From a virus (lineage: Duplodnaviria > Caudoviricetes), in IMG/VR virus record IMGVR_UViG_3300043418_000375, positions 1,426 to 65,425 of that record: a stretch of 64,000 nucleotides of DNA; one strand, 5' to 3'. This document shows positions 29,451-39,554 of the stretch, piece after piece (position 1 is the first letter of the stretch; each line of letters starts with the position of its first letter). Both the position numbers and the translations under genes were made by a program. The notes under the pieces were generated by a model. The model saw nothing but the letters and a program-made list of their open reading frames with translations. It was not told where the DNA came from and did no database searches.

Positions 29451-29722
29451 TCAGGACCCGTCGCCACTTCGCCCGCTTCCAACTTCGCAAGCCAGGCATC
29501 GGCTTCGTCATGCGTGACGTGTTTGCCTGTCGCCTGAAACTCCTCCCAGGCGTGAAGCCCTGCCTGACGAAACGCCTCGCGCTTCTCTTCGCGCTCGACG
29601 AACTGCGCCACTGCTTCGCGCAACATCCAGTGCGTGGAGCGATCCTTGGCATCCGCCAGCCGCTTGAGGCGGTCACGGGTATCCTGATCGAGCTTCACAG
29701 CGATGGGACGGATGGCATTCAT
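29438..29722 (-). CDS. CopG/RHH antitoxin
   Basis: IAVKLDQDTRDRLKRLADAKDRSTHWMLREAV; overlaps the toxin start. Confidence 0.88.
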   Translation of the reverse strand: MNAIRPIAVKLDQDTRDRLKRLADAKDRSTHWMLREAVAQFVEREEKREAFRQAGLHAWEEFQATGKHVTHDEADAWLAKLEAGEVATGPECHN

Positions 29723-29811
29723 GGGGGCAACTCCCAGCGAGTATTCACAGGTATTACTTTTAGCACATCAGCCACCGACGCAGAAGTCACAATTGAAGCA
29801 AAGGCGGTAAA

Positions 29812-30231
29812 ATGCCCACCCTCCGCGAAACCATTCTCGCCGCGCTACATGCGCGGCTGTCAGCATTACCCGCCACGTCCTTGCGTGGGGACGTGCTGCC
29901 GGAGCGCATCCCGCCCGCGGGACTTCTGATCCTGCGCGATGGCGAACCGGGAGAACCCGAGGTCACGCTGTCGCCCCTGCGCTACCATTATCAGCACAGG
30001 GCTGAGATCGAGGCGGTCGTGCAAGACGCTGACCGCGACGCCGCTTTCGACATCCTGTGCGCCAGCATCGGCACGGCGATTACCACCGACCGCACGCTCG
30101 GCGGGCTTTGCGACTGGGTCGAAGCAGAAGCGCCACGGCCCGTTGATCTGCCGGTCGAAGGGGCCGCCAGCCTGAAAGCGGGCATCGTGCCGATTATTTT
30201 GTATTACGTGTCCCCCAACCCGTTTGGCTGA
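29812..30231 (+). CDS. Probable tail terminator protein
   Basis: RE.ILAAL...D.TLGGL.D; located before the tail tube gene. Confidence 0.72.
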   Translation: MPTLRETILAALHARLSALPATSLRGDVLPERIPPAGLLILRDGEPGEPEVTLSPLRYHYQHRAEIEAVVQDADRDAAFDILCASIGTAITTDRTLGGLCDWVEAEAPRPVDLPVEGAASLKAGIVPIILYYVSPNPFG

Positions 30232-30253
30232 GACTGCGTCAATCGTTTGGGTT

Positions 30254-30448
30254 CTAGCCCAGAAGCCAAAGCAGCAAACAAGCCATGACTGGCGAGAAAA
30301 CAAGACTGAAGATAACCCAACCTACCTGGCTTCTGCCGCGGTTGGCAGCCATTTGAGCGGGTAGCAAGATGTATAACCAGACGGCAAGATACATCCCGAG
30401 CACGGCAAAGAGTATCAGCACAAAAACCGAGGCTACATCGCTTGCCAT
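30254..30448 (-). CDS. Small membrane protein (moron)
   Basis: 64 aa with two hydrophobic segments around MAANRGRS..GW; GGAG upstream. Confidence 0.6.
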   Translation of the reverse strand: MASDVASVFVLILFAVLGMYLAVWLYILLPAQMAANRGRSQVGWVIFSLVFSPVMACLLLWLLG

Positions 30449-30558
30449 AAAGAACCGCGCTCCTTTGCAAATTGCCAATTGGCTCTTTGCAATCAGATAT
30501 GGGCCCGGGACCGCAAAACCAAGTCTGACCCAAATCTGATCACCCACAGGAGACAAAA

Positions 30559-31497
30559 ATGGCACGAGCCCATGGGGCGCGGGCGCAGATGGCGCTTGCG
30601 TTCGAGTCCACCTATGGCACCGCCCCGACGACGGGCTATCGCACGGTGCCTTTCGCCAGCACGACGCTCGGCTCCGAGCAGCCGCTGATCGCCTCGGAAC
30701 TTTTGGGCCAGGGGCGTGACCCGCTGGCCCCGATCAAGGACGCGGTGACGGCGGATGGCGATGTCGTTGTGCCGCTTGATGTCGAGAACTTCGGCCTCTG
30801 GCTGAAGGCCGCCTTCGGGGCCCCGACCACCACCGGCACCACGCCGAAGACCCATACGTTCCAGTCGGGGGCCTGGTCGCTTCCAAGCATGGCCATTGAG
30901 ACGGCGATGCCGGAGGTGCCGCGCTACGCGATGTATACGGGCTGCGTTTGCGATCAGCTCAGTTGGCAGATGGCGCGCTCGGGGCTTCTGACTGCGACTG
31001 CCCGCCTGGTGGCCCAAGGCGAAACCGTTGCTGCTGCCACGGCCGTAGGCACGCCCACATCGCTGTCGCTGCAGCGCTTTGGCCACTTCAACGGATCGAT
31101 CAGCCGCAACGGGGTGGCGCTTGGCAATGTCATCTCGGCTGAGGTGACCTACTCGAATGGCCTCGACCGGATCGAGACCATCCGCTCGGATGGCAAGATC
31201 GAGGGGGTTGATCCCGGCATGGCGGCGCTGACCGGCAAGATCGAGGCCCGCTTTGCCGACACCACGCTGATCACCCAAGCGATGGATGGGACACCTTGCG
31301 AATTGGTTTTCGGCTGGAGCCTTGGGGCCGATGCCAGCTTCAGCTTCACGGCGCATGCCGTCTATCTGCCGCGGCCCCGGATCGAGATCCCGGGTCCGCA
31401 AGGCATTCAGGCCAGTTTCGACTGGCAGGCGGCCAAGGCTGCGAGCCCCGCCCGCCTGTGCACCGCCACCCTCGTCAACACCGTCGTATCTTATTGA
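30559..31497 (+). CDS. Tail tube (major tail) protein
   Basis: AGGAG RBS; ESTYGTAP N-terminus; synteny. Confidence 0.88.
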   Translation: MARAHGARAQMALAFESTYGTAPTTGYRTVPFASTTLGSEQPLIASELLGQGRDPLAPIKDAVTADGDVVVPLDVENFGLWLKAAFGAPTTTGTTPKTHTFQSGAWSLPSMAIETAMPEVPRYAMYTGCVCDQLSWQMARSGLLTATARLVAQGETVAAATAVGTPTSLSLQRFGHFNGSISRNGVALGNVISAEVTYSNGLDRIETIRSDGKIEGVDPGMAALTGKIEARFADTTLITQAMDGTPCELVFGWSLGADASFSFTAHAVYLPRPRIEIPGPQGIQASFDWQAAKAASPARLCTATLVNTVVSY

Positions 31498-31513
31498 GAG
31501 GATCTCTTTCGCC

Positions 31514-31951
31514 ATGCTGACCCTTGATCTCTGCAGTGCGCCCTCCTGGTGTGACCTTCTTCCCGGCCTGCGGGTCAAACTGCGCCCGCTGACCACGGCG
31601 CTGATGGTCGCCAGCCGCGCGGATCCTGCGATTGCCGCCCTCACCGAAGGGGTAGCGCCTGAAGAGGCCGCCCTTGCTATGGCCAAGGCGCTGGCGCGGC
31701 GCGCGATCCTCGACTGGGACGGCGTTGGCGATGCCACGGGGGAGGCCTTGCCGGTCAGCCCCGAGGCAATCGACGCGCTTCTCGATCTCTGGCCGGTCTT
31801 TGAGGCCTTCCAGACCCGTTATGTTGCAAAAGGCCTGCTCTTGGATGCCGAAAAAAACGTCTCATCGCCCTTGCCGATTGGGAGTTCGGCGGGGGCGGCA
31901 GCTATTGCGCCGCCTGCGGACCCGTCTGTCCCGAGTGTCCCGCACGGCTGA
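31514..31951 (+). CDS. Tail assembly chaperone (gpG-like)
   Basis: AILDWDGVGD..GE.LP motif; GAGAGGA RBS; slippery site near the 3' end. Confidence 0.82.
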   Translation: MLTLDLCSAPSWCDLLPGLRVKLRPLTTALMVASRADPAIAALTEGVAPEEAALAMAKALARRAILDWDGVGDATGEALPVSPEAIDALLDLWPVFEAFQTRYVAKGLLLDAEKNVSSPLPIGSSAGAAAIAPPADPSVPSVPHG

Positions 31952-32187
31952 ACCGCCCGCAGACTTGGGAAGGCGCCCAAGTCTGGGACCTCGTTCAGCG
32001 TCTTGGCGGGCAATTGCGTCTCATTCCCGGCGCGGTGATCGGTTGGGATATGGGGGCCGCACTGGTCCTCGGGGCGGCGCTCGGTATCCCGGCGCTGGCG
32101 GTTGCGGAGCTCTTGCCGCCCATTGAGGCGGTGATGGTGCGCAAGATCAATGAAGCGATGCTGGCCGACGCTGGCGGCCTCAACTGA
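31852..32187 (+). CDS. -1 frameshift extension of the tail chaperone (gpGT-like; fusion 31514-32187)
   Basis: Heptamer A AAA AAC at 31852-31858; -1 frame open to TGA at 32185: KRLIALADWEFGGG..CAAC...CPECP...VWDLVQRLGGQLR. Confidence 0.78.
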   Translation, partial: KKRLIALADWEFGGGGSYCAACGPVCPECPARLNRPQTWEGAQVWDLVQRLGGQLRLIPGAVIGWDMGAALVLGAALGIPALAVAELLPPIEAVMVRKINEAMLADAGGLN

Positions 32188-32235
32188 CCTCGTTCCAGAT
32201 GGAAACGCGGTGATAAACCCCGAGGATACGACCCC

Positions 32236-34695
32236 ATGTCAGAAAAACGCGTCTCCGTCCGCCTGGTCGCTGTCGGCGGCCGGCAGGTGCGGGCCGAGCT
32301 CGAAGGGATCGGCGCGGCGGGCGCGCGCGGCTTTGGCCGGCTCTCGTCCGAGATGACGGCGGCCAATGCGCGGCTCGCGGGTTTTGCCAGCAAGGCGGGG
32401 ATTGCCCTGGCCGCGCTGACCGCTGCAGCCACGGCGGCCGGAGTTGCAATGATCCGGTCGGGCCTCGAGGTGATCGGGGCACAGGCGGATATGGCGGCCT
32501 CGCTTGGCACAACGGTAGAAAGTCTGCAGGTCTTGACCTGGGCGGGGGAGTTGGCCGGGGTCTCGCTCGGAGAAATCGAACAGGCGACAAAAAAGCTGAC
32601 GACGCGGCTTTCTGAGGCGGCGACGGGGTCGGGCACGGCGGTGAAGGCGCTGGCGCGTTTGAACCTGACGGCGACGGATCTGCAGGCCTTGCCTTTGGAT
32701 CAGCGGATCGTCGCCATTAAAGAGGCGCTGAACAGGCTTGTCCCGGAGGCCGAGCGCGCGGCGGTGGCCTCGGACCTCTTTGGCGACAAGGCAGCGCTGG
32801 CGTTTATGCGGGTCGATCCCGCAACCTTGCGCGAGGCGGCGAAAGATGTGCGCGACTTTGGGGTGGCCGTCAGTGCCAGTGACGCGGTGCAGATCGAACG
32901 GACGGGGGATGCGATTGCGAAGTTGAGCCTGATCTGGCTCGGCCTCACGAACCGTCTGACGGCGGCGGTTGCGCCAGCGCTGGAAGCGGTGGCCAATACA
33001 CTTGCCGACATGGCACGCGGCACGGGACCGCTGGGACAGGCGATCAACCTGGTCTTCGACAATCTGGGGCGGCTTGCGACTTATGCCAGCACATTCGCCG
33101 CGCTGATGGCGGGGCGCTGGGTGGCGGGACTGGCTGCGGCCGCGCTTTCGGTCAAAGGGCTGGCAATGGGGCTGACGGTTCTGCGCGGGGCGCTCATTCG
33201 CACCGGCATTGGCGCGCTGATCGTTGGTGCGGGGGAACTCGTCTATCAGTTTACCGCGCTTGTCGGCAAAGTCGGCGGGGTTGGCGCGGCCTTTGGCCTC
33301 TTGCGCGATGTGGCGGCGGAGGCCTGGAACCGCCTGGCCCTGGCAGCGACAGCGTCTTGGTCCCGAGTCGAGGCGGGCTGGGCCAGCGCGCAGGCCGGGA
33401 TCTATGACGGGCTGCAATCCGCGCTCGCCGCCGTGGTGGGCTGGGGCAATTCTGCGGTGGGCAGCTTCCAAGGTGCTTTTGATGCGGTGAAGGCAATCTG
33501 GGGTGCCCTGCCACAGGCGATTGGGGATTTTGCCTATCAAGCCGCCAACGGCCTTATCGATGGCGTCGAGGCAATGTTGAATGCGGTGGTCAGCCGGATC
33601 AACCGCTTCATCGAGGGGCTGAACGCCGCCTTGGACCTGCTGCCGGATTGGGCCACGGGAGAGGGCGGCATCAAGATCGGCACGCTTGACGCCGTCGATC
33701 TTGGCGGCATTGCCAATCCTTTTGAGGGGGCGGCACCGGCCGCGGGCACAGCGGCGGCTGATGCCTTCCAGGCGGCGATGGGCAAAGCTTACGTGGATGC
33801 CCCCGACCTCTTCGGCGGCATGGCGGAGGCGGCGCGCACCCGGGCGGACGGCTATGCTGAGGCGGCGGGCATGCTGTCGGAGGCGGCATCACGGCCGATG
33901 ACGGCTTGGGCCGCGCTGAAAACGGCGATCTTCGGCGCGGGTGCGGAGGGGGAGGCGGCCTTGAACAACGCCTCAGATGCTGCCGACGCGCTGTCGGACG
34001 GATTGGACACTGCCGGCAAATCCGCCGGTGGGGCTGGAGGGGCTGCGAAGCACGCGGCGGACGAGGCGGCGACCGGCTGGGCGGCGGTCACGAAGTCGCT
34101 CTCTGACTATGCCAAGGGCGCGATGGATTGGGGCAAGGGGCTAGGCGAGACGCTGACCTCCGCCTTCTCCTCGGCGGAAAACGCCTTCCGGCAATTTGTG
34201 ACTACGGGCAAGTTCGACTTCAGATCGCTCATCTCCTCGATCTTGGCCGATCTTGCGGTGCTCTCGTTCAAACGCGCGGTGCTCGGGCCGATTGCAGATG
34301 CGCTGTCCTTTGCCTTTGGCGGCGGGAGCTTTCTGGATGGCCTCGTGGCGCATAACGGCGCTGTGGTCGGCTCAACGGGATCCTCCCGATCCGTTCCTGC
34401 CTTGGTCTTTGCCGGCGCGCCACGGCTGCACGAGGGGGGCTGGGCGGGTCTCAAGCCCGATGAGGTGCCAGCCATCTTGCAGCGCGGCGAGCGTGTGCTG
34501 TCGCGCCGAGAGGTTGCAAGCCAAGGGCGTGCTGGTGGGGCGGTTCCTGGTATCACGGTGAACATCGACGCGCGCGGCGCGCAGATGGGTGTGGCCGAGC
34601 AGATCAATGCAAAATTGCGGGCGGCCATCCCGGAAATCGCCCGCATTGCGAAGGAAAGCGTCGCCGATGGTCGGCGCAGAGGTCAGGGGATCTGA
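32236..34695 (+). CDS. Tail tape measure protein
   Basis: 819-aa Ala/Gly-rich helical protein; C-terminal DEVPAILQRGE.VL. Confidence 0.92.
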   Translation: MSEKRVSVRLVAVGGRQVRAELEGIGAAGARGFGRLSSEMTAANARLAGFASKAGIALAALTAAATAAGVAMIRSGLEVIGAQADMAASLGTTVESLQVLTWAGELAGVSLGEIEQATKKLTTRLSEAATGSGTAVKALARLNLTATDLQALPLDQRIVAIKEALNRLVPEAERAAVASDLFGDKAALAFMRVDPATLREAAKDVRDFGVAVSASDAVQIERTGDAIAKLSLIWLGLTNRLTAAVAPALEAVANTLADMARGTGPLGQAINLVFDNLGRLATYASTFAALMAGRWVAGLAAAALSVKGLAMGLTVLRGALIRTGIGALIVGAGELVYQFTALVGKVGGVGAAFGLLRDVAAEAWNRLALAATASWSRVEAGWASAQAGIYDGLQSALAAVVGWGNSAVGSFQGAFDAVKAIWGALPQAIGDFAYQAANGLIDGVEAMLNAVVSRINRFIEGLNAALDLLPDWATGEGGIKIGTLDAVDLGGIANPFEGAAPAAGTAAADAFQAAMGKAYVDAPDLFGGMAEAARTRADGYAEAAGMLSEAASRPMTAWAALKTAIFGAGAEGEAALNNASDAADALSDGLDTAGKSAGGAGGAAKHAADEAATGWAAVTKSLSDYAKGAMDWGKGLGETLTSAFSSAENAFRQFVTTGKFDFRSLISSILADLAVLSFKRAVLGPIADALSFAFGGGSFLDGLVAHNGAVVGSTGSSRSVPALVFAGAPRLHEGGWAGLKPDEVPAILQRGERVLSRREVASQGRAGGAVPGITVNIDARGAQMGVAEQINAKLRAAIPEIARIAKESVADGRRRGQGI

Positions 34696-34697
34696 GG

Positions 34698-35285
34698 ATG
34701 GCGATTCCGATCTTGCCGCTGACGCTGGTGGCCTCACTCGAGCGCCGCCTCGTGACCTCTGTGGCCGAGGCACGCTCCCCCTTTACCGGCACCTCCCAGA
34801 TCCAGGACTGGGGGGCGTCGTGGTGGGAGTACCAGATCGAGATGGCGGTAAGCCAAGGCGCCAATGCCCGGCGGCTCTCAGCTTTCTTTGCAGCCCTTGG
34901 CGGGCTTCGGGGCCGGTTCCTCTTTCCCGATCCGTCGATCGAGGTCCAGCTGGCCGCAGGCAATCCTTATGTCACCGAGGCGCAGGCCACAGGGGCAAAT
35001 ACCCTGCGCACCGCCGGTTGGGGGCTGGGCCTGCGCGCTGGCGACTTCGTCCAACTGGGCTCGGACGCCGCAACCCGGCTCTACCAGATCACCGAGGATG
35101 TGGCGCCTGTGGGCAGTGAGGCGGTGCTCGCCTTTGTACCGCCGCTGCGCGCCTCGGTTCCTGCCGGTACGCAGCTTGGTCTCGACGCGCCGTCTGTCTT
35201 GCTGCGCCTGACGGCCCCGGTGCCAACGGTGATTGGCCGGGCCGACCAGCACCGCTTCACCATATCTGCCCGGGAAGCGCTCTAA
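34698..35285 (+). CDS. Distal tail protein-like
   Basis: SPFTG..Q..W, F...L.G, F.PPLR; follows the tape measure gene. Confidence 0.75.
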   Translation: MAIPILPLTLVASLERRLVTSVAEARSPFTGTSQIQDWGASWWEYQIEMAVSQGANARRLSAFFAALGGLRGRFLFPDPSIEVQLAAGNPYVTEAQATGANTLRTAGWGLGLRAGDFVQLGSDAATRLYQITEDVAPVGSEAVLAFVPPLRASVPAGTQLGLDAPSVLLRLTAPVPTVIGRADQHRFTISAREAL

Positions 35286-35319
35286 CCCCGTCTGAAACCA
35301 ATGCAATGAAAGCCCGCCC

Positions 35320-35880
35320 ATGTCGCGTGATCTCACCGCCGCCTTCGCCGCAGCCCTGGCCGAGCCGCATCTGCGGCCCGTGCTCTTCTTTGAGGGCCAG
35401 TTTGCTTCTGGCTGGGTACGGATCTGGTCAGGCTTGGGAGAGGTGAACTGGAATGGCCAGGCTTGGTCTGGCGCAGGATCGCTTCTCGGGCTCGGCTCGC
35501 TTGAAGAAACCGGCGAGGTGGTGGCGGGTGGCACGGCGGTGTCACTTTCCGGTGTGCCGCTGGACCTCGTTCAAATGGCCATTGAGGAGGCGCGCCAGGG
35601 TCTGCCGGGCCGGATTTGGCTCGGGCTTTTGGCCGAAGATGGCAGCATTATCGCAAATCCGGTGCAGGCCTTCTCCGGCCGCCTTGATGTTCCAGAAATC
35701 AAGGATGATGCTGAGACCTGCACGATCACCATCAGCTATGAAAGCCGCCTCATCGATCTGACGGTGGCGCGGAGCTGGCGTTACACCCATGAAAGCCAGC
35801 AGGTGCTCTATCCCGGGGACTTGGGGTTTGAATATGTGACAGCGATCCAGGATCGTGAGATCACTTGGGGGCGAGGATAG
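35320..35880 (+). CDS. Tail tip/hub-associated minor tail protein
   Basis: W.G.G...W.G, F.GR.D, Q...YPGD.GF...I.WG. Confidence 0.78.
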   Translation: MSRDLTAAFAAALAEPHLRPVLFFEGQFASGWVRIWSGLGEVNWNGQAWSGAGSLLGLGSLEETGEVVAGGTAVSLSGVPLDLVQMAIEEARQGLPGRIWLGLLAEDGSIIANPVQAFSGRLDVPEIKDDAETCTITISYESRLIDLTVARSWRYTHESQQVLYPGDLGFEYVTAIQDREITWGRG

Positions 35881-35883
35881 GAC

Positions 35884-36291
35884 ATGAAACGCCTTGAACA
35901 CTGGGAACGCCTCCTCACCGAGGCGATAGACACGGCCCGCTCGAATCCCTTCGCTTGGGGTCTTCACGATTGCCCAACCTTCGCCTTTGAAACCCGCATG
36001 GCTCTGACCGGCGGCGAGGATGTCGCGGCGCTGTGGCGGGGCAAATATACAACCCATCTTGGCGGGCTTCGCGTCATGCGGCGTTTGGGGTGGCCGTCGC
36101 TTGAGGCTATGGGACATGCGCTTTTGGGGGTGCCGCGCGATACGCCGCTTTTGGCACAGCGCGGTGACATCGTGCTCACCGATACCGGGCTTGGCTTCGG
36201 CGTGGTGATTGGCGCCACGGCGGTTGGTCTGGCGCCGGATGGCTTGCGCTTTGCGGCCCTGACCTCCTGTCGCCTCGCTTGGGCTGTCTGA
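35884..36291 (+). CDS. NlpC/P60-like tail assembly protein
   Basis: FAWGLHDC.TF, AQRGDIV. Confidence 0.78.
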   Translation: MKRLEHWERLLTEAIDTARSNPFAWGLHDCPTFAFETRMALTGGEDVAALWRGKYTTHLGGLRVMRRLGWPSLEAMGHALLGVPRDTPLLAQRGDIVLTDTGLGFGVVIGATAVGLAPDGLRFAALTSCRLAWAV

Positions 36292-36333
36292 GCCCTGCTT
36301 CGTTCTTGCCCCTGCTGACACGGGACCCTTCTC

Positions 36334-38895
36334 ATGCCCTTCATCGTGACAGCCGTCACCGCGGTCGCGGGGGCGATCGGGGGCGTATTGGCCGCGGGCG
36401 GGATCGGGGCAGCACTTCTTCGGATCGGCGGCACGCTCCTCTTGTCCTATGCGGCACAGGCCTTGATGCCGAAACCGCAGGCAACGCTTGCAAACCGCAC
36501 GGTCACGATCCGCGAACCGGTGGTGCCGCGGGATCTCGTCTATGGCCGCACCCGCAAGGGCGGGGTCATTGTGTTCCTGCATGCCTCGGGGCCCGCGGAT
36601 CAATATCTTGATCTCGTCGTCGTGCTGGCCGCGCATCGCATCAAATCCATTGGCGCCATCTACTTTGAGGGGGAGATGGCCCTCAATGCGGCCGGCGTCG
36701 CGCAGGGCCGCTGGGTCGGAAAAGTTCTTGTTGAGAAGAAACTCGGCGCGGCCGATCAGACCGCCTTCGCGGGTCTGAAGGCGGCGCTGCCGGACAAATG
36801 GACAGAAAACCACCGCTTGCGCGGCTGCGCGGCGATCCGGTTGCGATTGACCTATGACCAGGACGCGTTCCCGGGCGGGATCCCGAACATCACGGTCGAT
36901 CTCGAGGGCAAAGATGACATTTGGGATCCACGCAAGCAAACATCGGGCTACTCCGAGAACTCCGCTCTGTGTTTGGCTGATTATATGGCGAACCCGACCT
37001 GGGGCGTGGGGGCACGGATCGGCGAGGCCGACGGGATCGATGAGATGTCGCTCGTTGAGGCCGCCAACATCTGCGATGAGGTTGTTCTGCTTGCCGGTGG
37101 CGGCACGGAACCCCGCTATACCTGCAATGGGGTGATCACGCTTTCCGAGCCCCCGAAGACCATTATCGAGGGGATGCTTTCGTCCTTTGCCGGGCGCTGC
37201 GCTTTCTCGGGCGGAACCTGGCGCCTCTATGCAGGTGCATGGCGGGCACCCGACCTGGCGCTGACGGCAGATCATGTCCGTGAGGGTGGGATGACGCTGG
37301 CGACGCGGATGACGATGTCAATGAGCTTCAACGCGGTTCGGGGTCAATTTGTCAGCCCCGAGAATGACTGGCAGCCCGATGACTTCCCGGCTTACGCGTC
37401 GGACGTCTATCTTGCGGAAGACGGCGGCGAGCAGAAATGGCGCGACATCTCGCTGCCGTTCACCATCTCTGCCGCCATGGCGCAGCGCTTGGCGAAGATC
37501 GAGCTCGAACGCGCGCGGCGGCAAATGACGGTGCGGCTTTCTGGCAAGCTCTCGGCTTGGGCGGCGACGGTGGGCGATGTGGTGACGCTCTCCTATGCGC
37601 GCTGGGGCTTTGCCGCCAAACCCTTTGAGGTGCAGGGCGTGAGTCTTGATCTCACGGCCTCTGGCGATGGCGTGCTTCTCTTGCCCGAGCTTGTGCTGCG
37701 TGAAACCTCACCGCTGGTCTATGACTGGGCGGCCTCGGAAGAACAGATCTACGTCGCGGCCCCACGGACGGCGCTGCCGAGGGCTCATGACATCCCCGCC
37801 CCGGGACCGCCGCAGGTCACGGAAGAGATCTATGTCACGCGCGATGGCGGCGGGTTGAAGGTTCTGGCCAAGATCACTTGGGCGGCGGCACCGTCTGGTT
37901 TTGTGGCCGCGTATCAGTTGCAGGCCCGTCGTTCCGAGGCGGCAGACTGGCTTGCCGGGGAGTGGCTGGATTATGGCCGCACAGAGGGTTTGAGCTTAGA
38001 GGTCCGCGACATTGCACCGGGGCTTTGGGACTTCCGAGTCAAAGCGATCTCGGTCCTTGGCGTCTCTTCGCTGTGGCAAGAAACTGCAGTGGAAATCCTC
38101 GGTCTGACGGCACCTCCACAGGGGCTGGAGAATGTGACGCTGCAAACGGCCGGCGGGCTCGCCATTCTCAAATGGACGCGCTCGGCCGATCCGGATGTGC
38201 GGGTGGGCGGCAATATCGTGATCCGGCATTCCAAGGAGGCGACGGCCACTTGGGCCGACAGCTATTCGATGGACCGGGTCTCGGGCGGTGAGGCGATTGC
38301 CGTCGTGCCCTTGAAGCCCGGCACTTACCTCCTCAGGGCCGAGGACAGTGGCGGGCGTGCAGGGCCGGAGGTCCGTGTCTCGACCAAGGGGGCGCAGGTG
38401 CTGGCCTTCTCGCCCTTGGGCTTTCTGCAGGCTGATCCCGGCTTTGTCGGCCCGAAATCCGGGCTGCAGGTCACGGGTGCGAACCTGACGCTGGCAACGG
38501 CAACCGCGAACGGCGTGACACAGGTCAGTACGATGGAGGGGCAATACGCCTTCGCCGCAGGGCTGGATCTTGGCGCGGTGAAACGCGTGCGCCTGCGCTC
38601 GGAAATCGGCGTGGCTGCGCTCGCGCTCAACGACCGGATCGATGCGCGAACGGCTTCGATGGACACATGGGCCGATTTTGACGGCGCGGCCGGTGCAGAA
38701 ATCGATGTGCTCTTCGAGATCCGCGAGACCGATGACGATCCCACACAAACCCCAACCTGGGGCCCCTGGGGTCGTCTCGACGCCCATGAAATCGAGGCGC
38801 GTGCGGTTCAGGCGCGGGCGCATCTCACGACGAAGGACGCGTCCTACACGCCCATCGTCAGCCAATTGCGGCTTTACGCCGACGAGGTCGTTTAA
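36334..38895 (+). CDS. Tail tip/host-specificity protein (gpJ-like)
   Basis: 853 aa; P...VYGR.R.GG, N.ALCL.DY, FNAVRGQF; FnIII-like segments. Confidence 0.88.
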   Translation: MPFIVTAVTAVAGAIGGVLAAGGIGAALLRIGGTLLLSYAAQALMPKPQATLANRTVTIREPVVPRDLVYGRTRKGGVIVFLHASGPADQYLDLVVVLAAHRIKSIGAIYFEGEMALNAAGVAQGRWVGKVLVEKKLGAADQTAFAGLKAALPDKWTENHRLRGCAAIRLRLTYDQDAFPGGIPNITVDLEGKDDIWDPRKQTSGYSENSALCLADYMANPTWGVGARIGEADGIDEMSLVEAANICDEVVLLAGGGTEPRYTCNGVITLSEPPKTIIEGMLSSFAGRCAFSGGTWRLYAGAWRAPDLALTADHVREGGMTLATRMTMSMSFNAVRGQFVSPENDWQPDDFPAYASDVYLAEDGGEQKWRDISLPFTISAAMAQRLAKIELERARRQMTVRLSGKLSAWAATVGDVVTLSYARWGFAAKPFEVQGVSLDLTASGDGVLLLPELVLRETSPLVYDWAASEEQIYVAAPRTALPRAHDIPAPGPPQVTEEIYVTRDGGGLKVLAKITWAAAPSGFVAAYQLQARRSEAADWLAGEWLDYGRTEGLSLEVRDIAPGLWDFRVKAISVLGVSSLWQETAVEILGLTAPPQGLENVTLQTAGGLAILKWTRSADPDVRVGGNIVIRHSKEATATWADSYSMDRVSGGEAIAVVPLKPGTYLLRAEDSGGRAGPEVRVSTKGAQVLAFSPLGFLQADPGFVGPKSGLQVTGANLTLATATANGVTQVSTMEGQYAFAAGLDLGAVKRVRLRSEIGVAALALNDRIDARTASMDTWADFDGAAGAEIDVLFEIRETDDDPTQTPTWGPWGRLDAHEIEARAVQARAHLTTKDASYTPIVSQLRLYADEVV

Positions 38896-39554
38896 TGTCC
38901 CAGACATCCAGCTTCGTGATCGCCAATGACGCAGGCGCGGCCGTTCGCGCCCGGATCAACGAGATCGTTGCGGCCCTGCAATCAACGAGTGCCGGGGCCT
39001 CTGCCCCGGTTGCAACCGTCGCAGGCATGCTTTGGGTCGATACCTCGGTCTCGCCACCGGTGTTGCGCCGACGGAACGCGACGAACACGGGCTGGGACGC
39101 GCTTCTCGATGCGGCGGGCAATCTGGCAGGTATCGCGAACACGGCCATGGCGCGCACGAACCTTGGGCTCGGGACGATGGCGACGAAATCCGCAGCCGAC
39201 TATGACCTGGCGATCGCGGCAAAAGCGGCGCTGTCCGGTGCAACCTTCACCGGCGTCGTGACCGCCCCGAACTTCGTCTCTTCGTCGGATGCCCGGTTGA
39301 AGTCCGAGGTGGAAACCATCGCCGATGCGTTGGTCCTCGTCGGATCCTTGCGCGGGGTGCGCTTCACCATGGACGGAAGCCGCCAGATCGGGGTGATCGC
39401 GCAGGAGGTTGAAGCGGTCTTGCCCGAGGTGGTGCGGGCGGATGCGCAAACCGGCCAGCTCTCGGTGGCTTACGGCAATATCACCGGTCTCTTGATCGAG
39501 GCTGTCAAGGAACTCGCGGCCCGGGTGGCGGATTTGGAAGGACGGTTACGATGA
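38895..39554 (+). CDS. Short tail fibre protein with C-terminal intramolecular chaperone (peptidase S74)
   Basis: SSSDARLKSEV...G.IAQEVEAVLPEVV...LIEAVKEL. Confidence 0.85.
   Translation: MSQTSSFVIANDAGAAVRARINEIVAALQSTSAGASAPVATVAGMLWVDTSVSPPVLRRRNATNTGWDALLDAAGNLAGIANTAMARTNLGLGTMATKSAADYDLAIAAKAALSGATFTGVVTAPNFVSSSDARLKSEVETIADALVLVGSLRGVRFTMDGSRQIGVIAQEVEAVLPEVVRADAQTGQLSVAYGNITGLLIEAVKELAARVADLEGRLR

Noticed and set aside
31674-32126. 150-aa ORF as the chaperone extension
   Set aside because: It is the +1 frame; the -1 frame gives the protein-like sequence and matches the slippery heptamer.
35542-37275. 577-aa minus-strand ORF
   Set aside because: Antisense shadow of well-supported tail genes; typical of high-GC codon bias and has no motifs.
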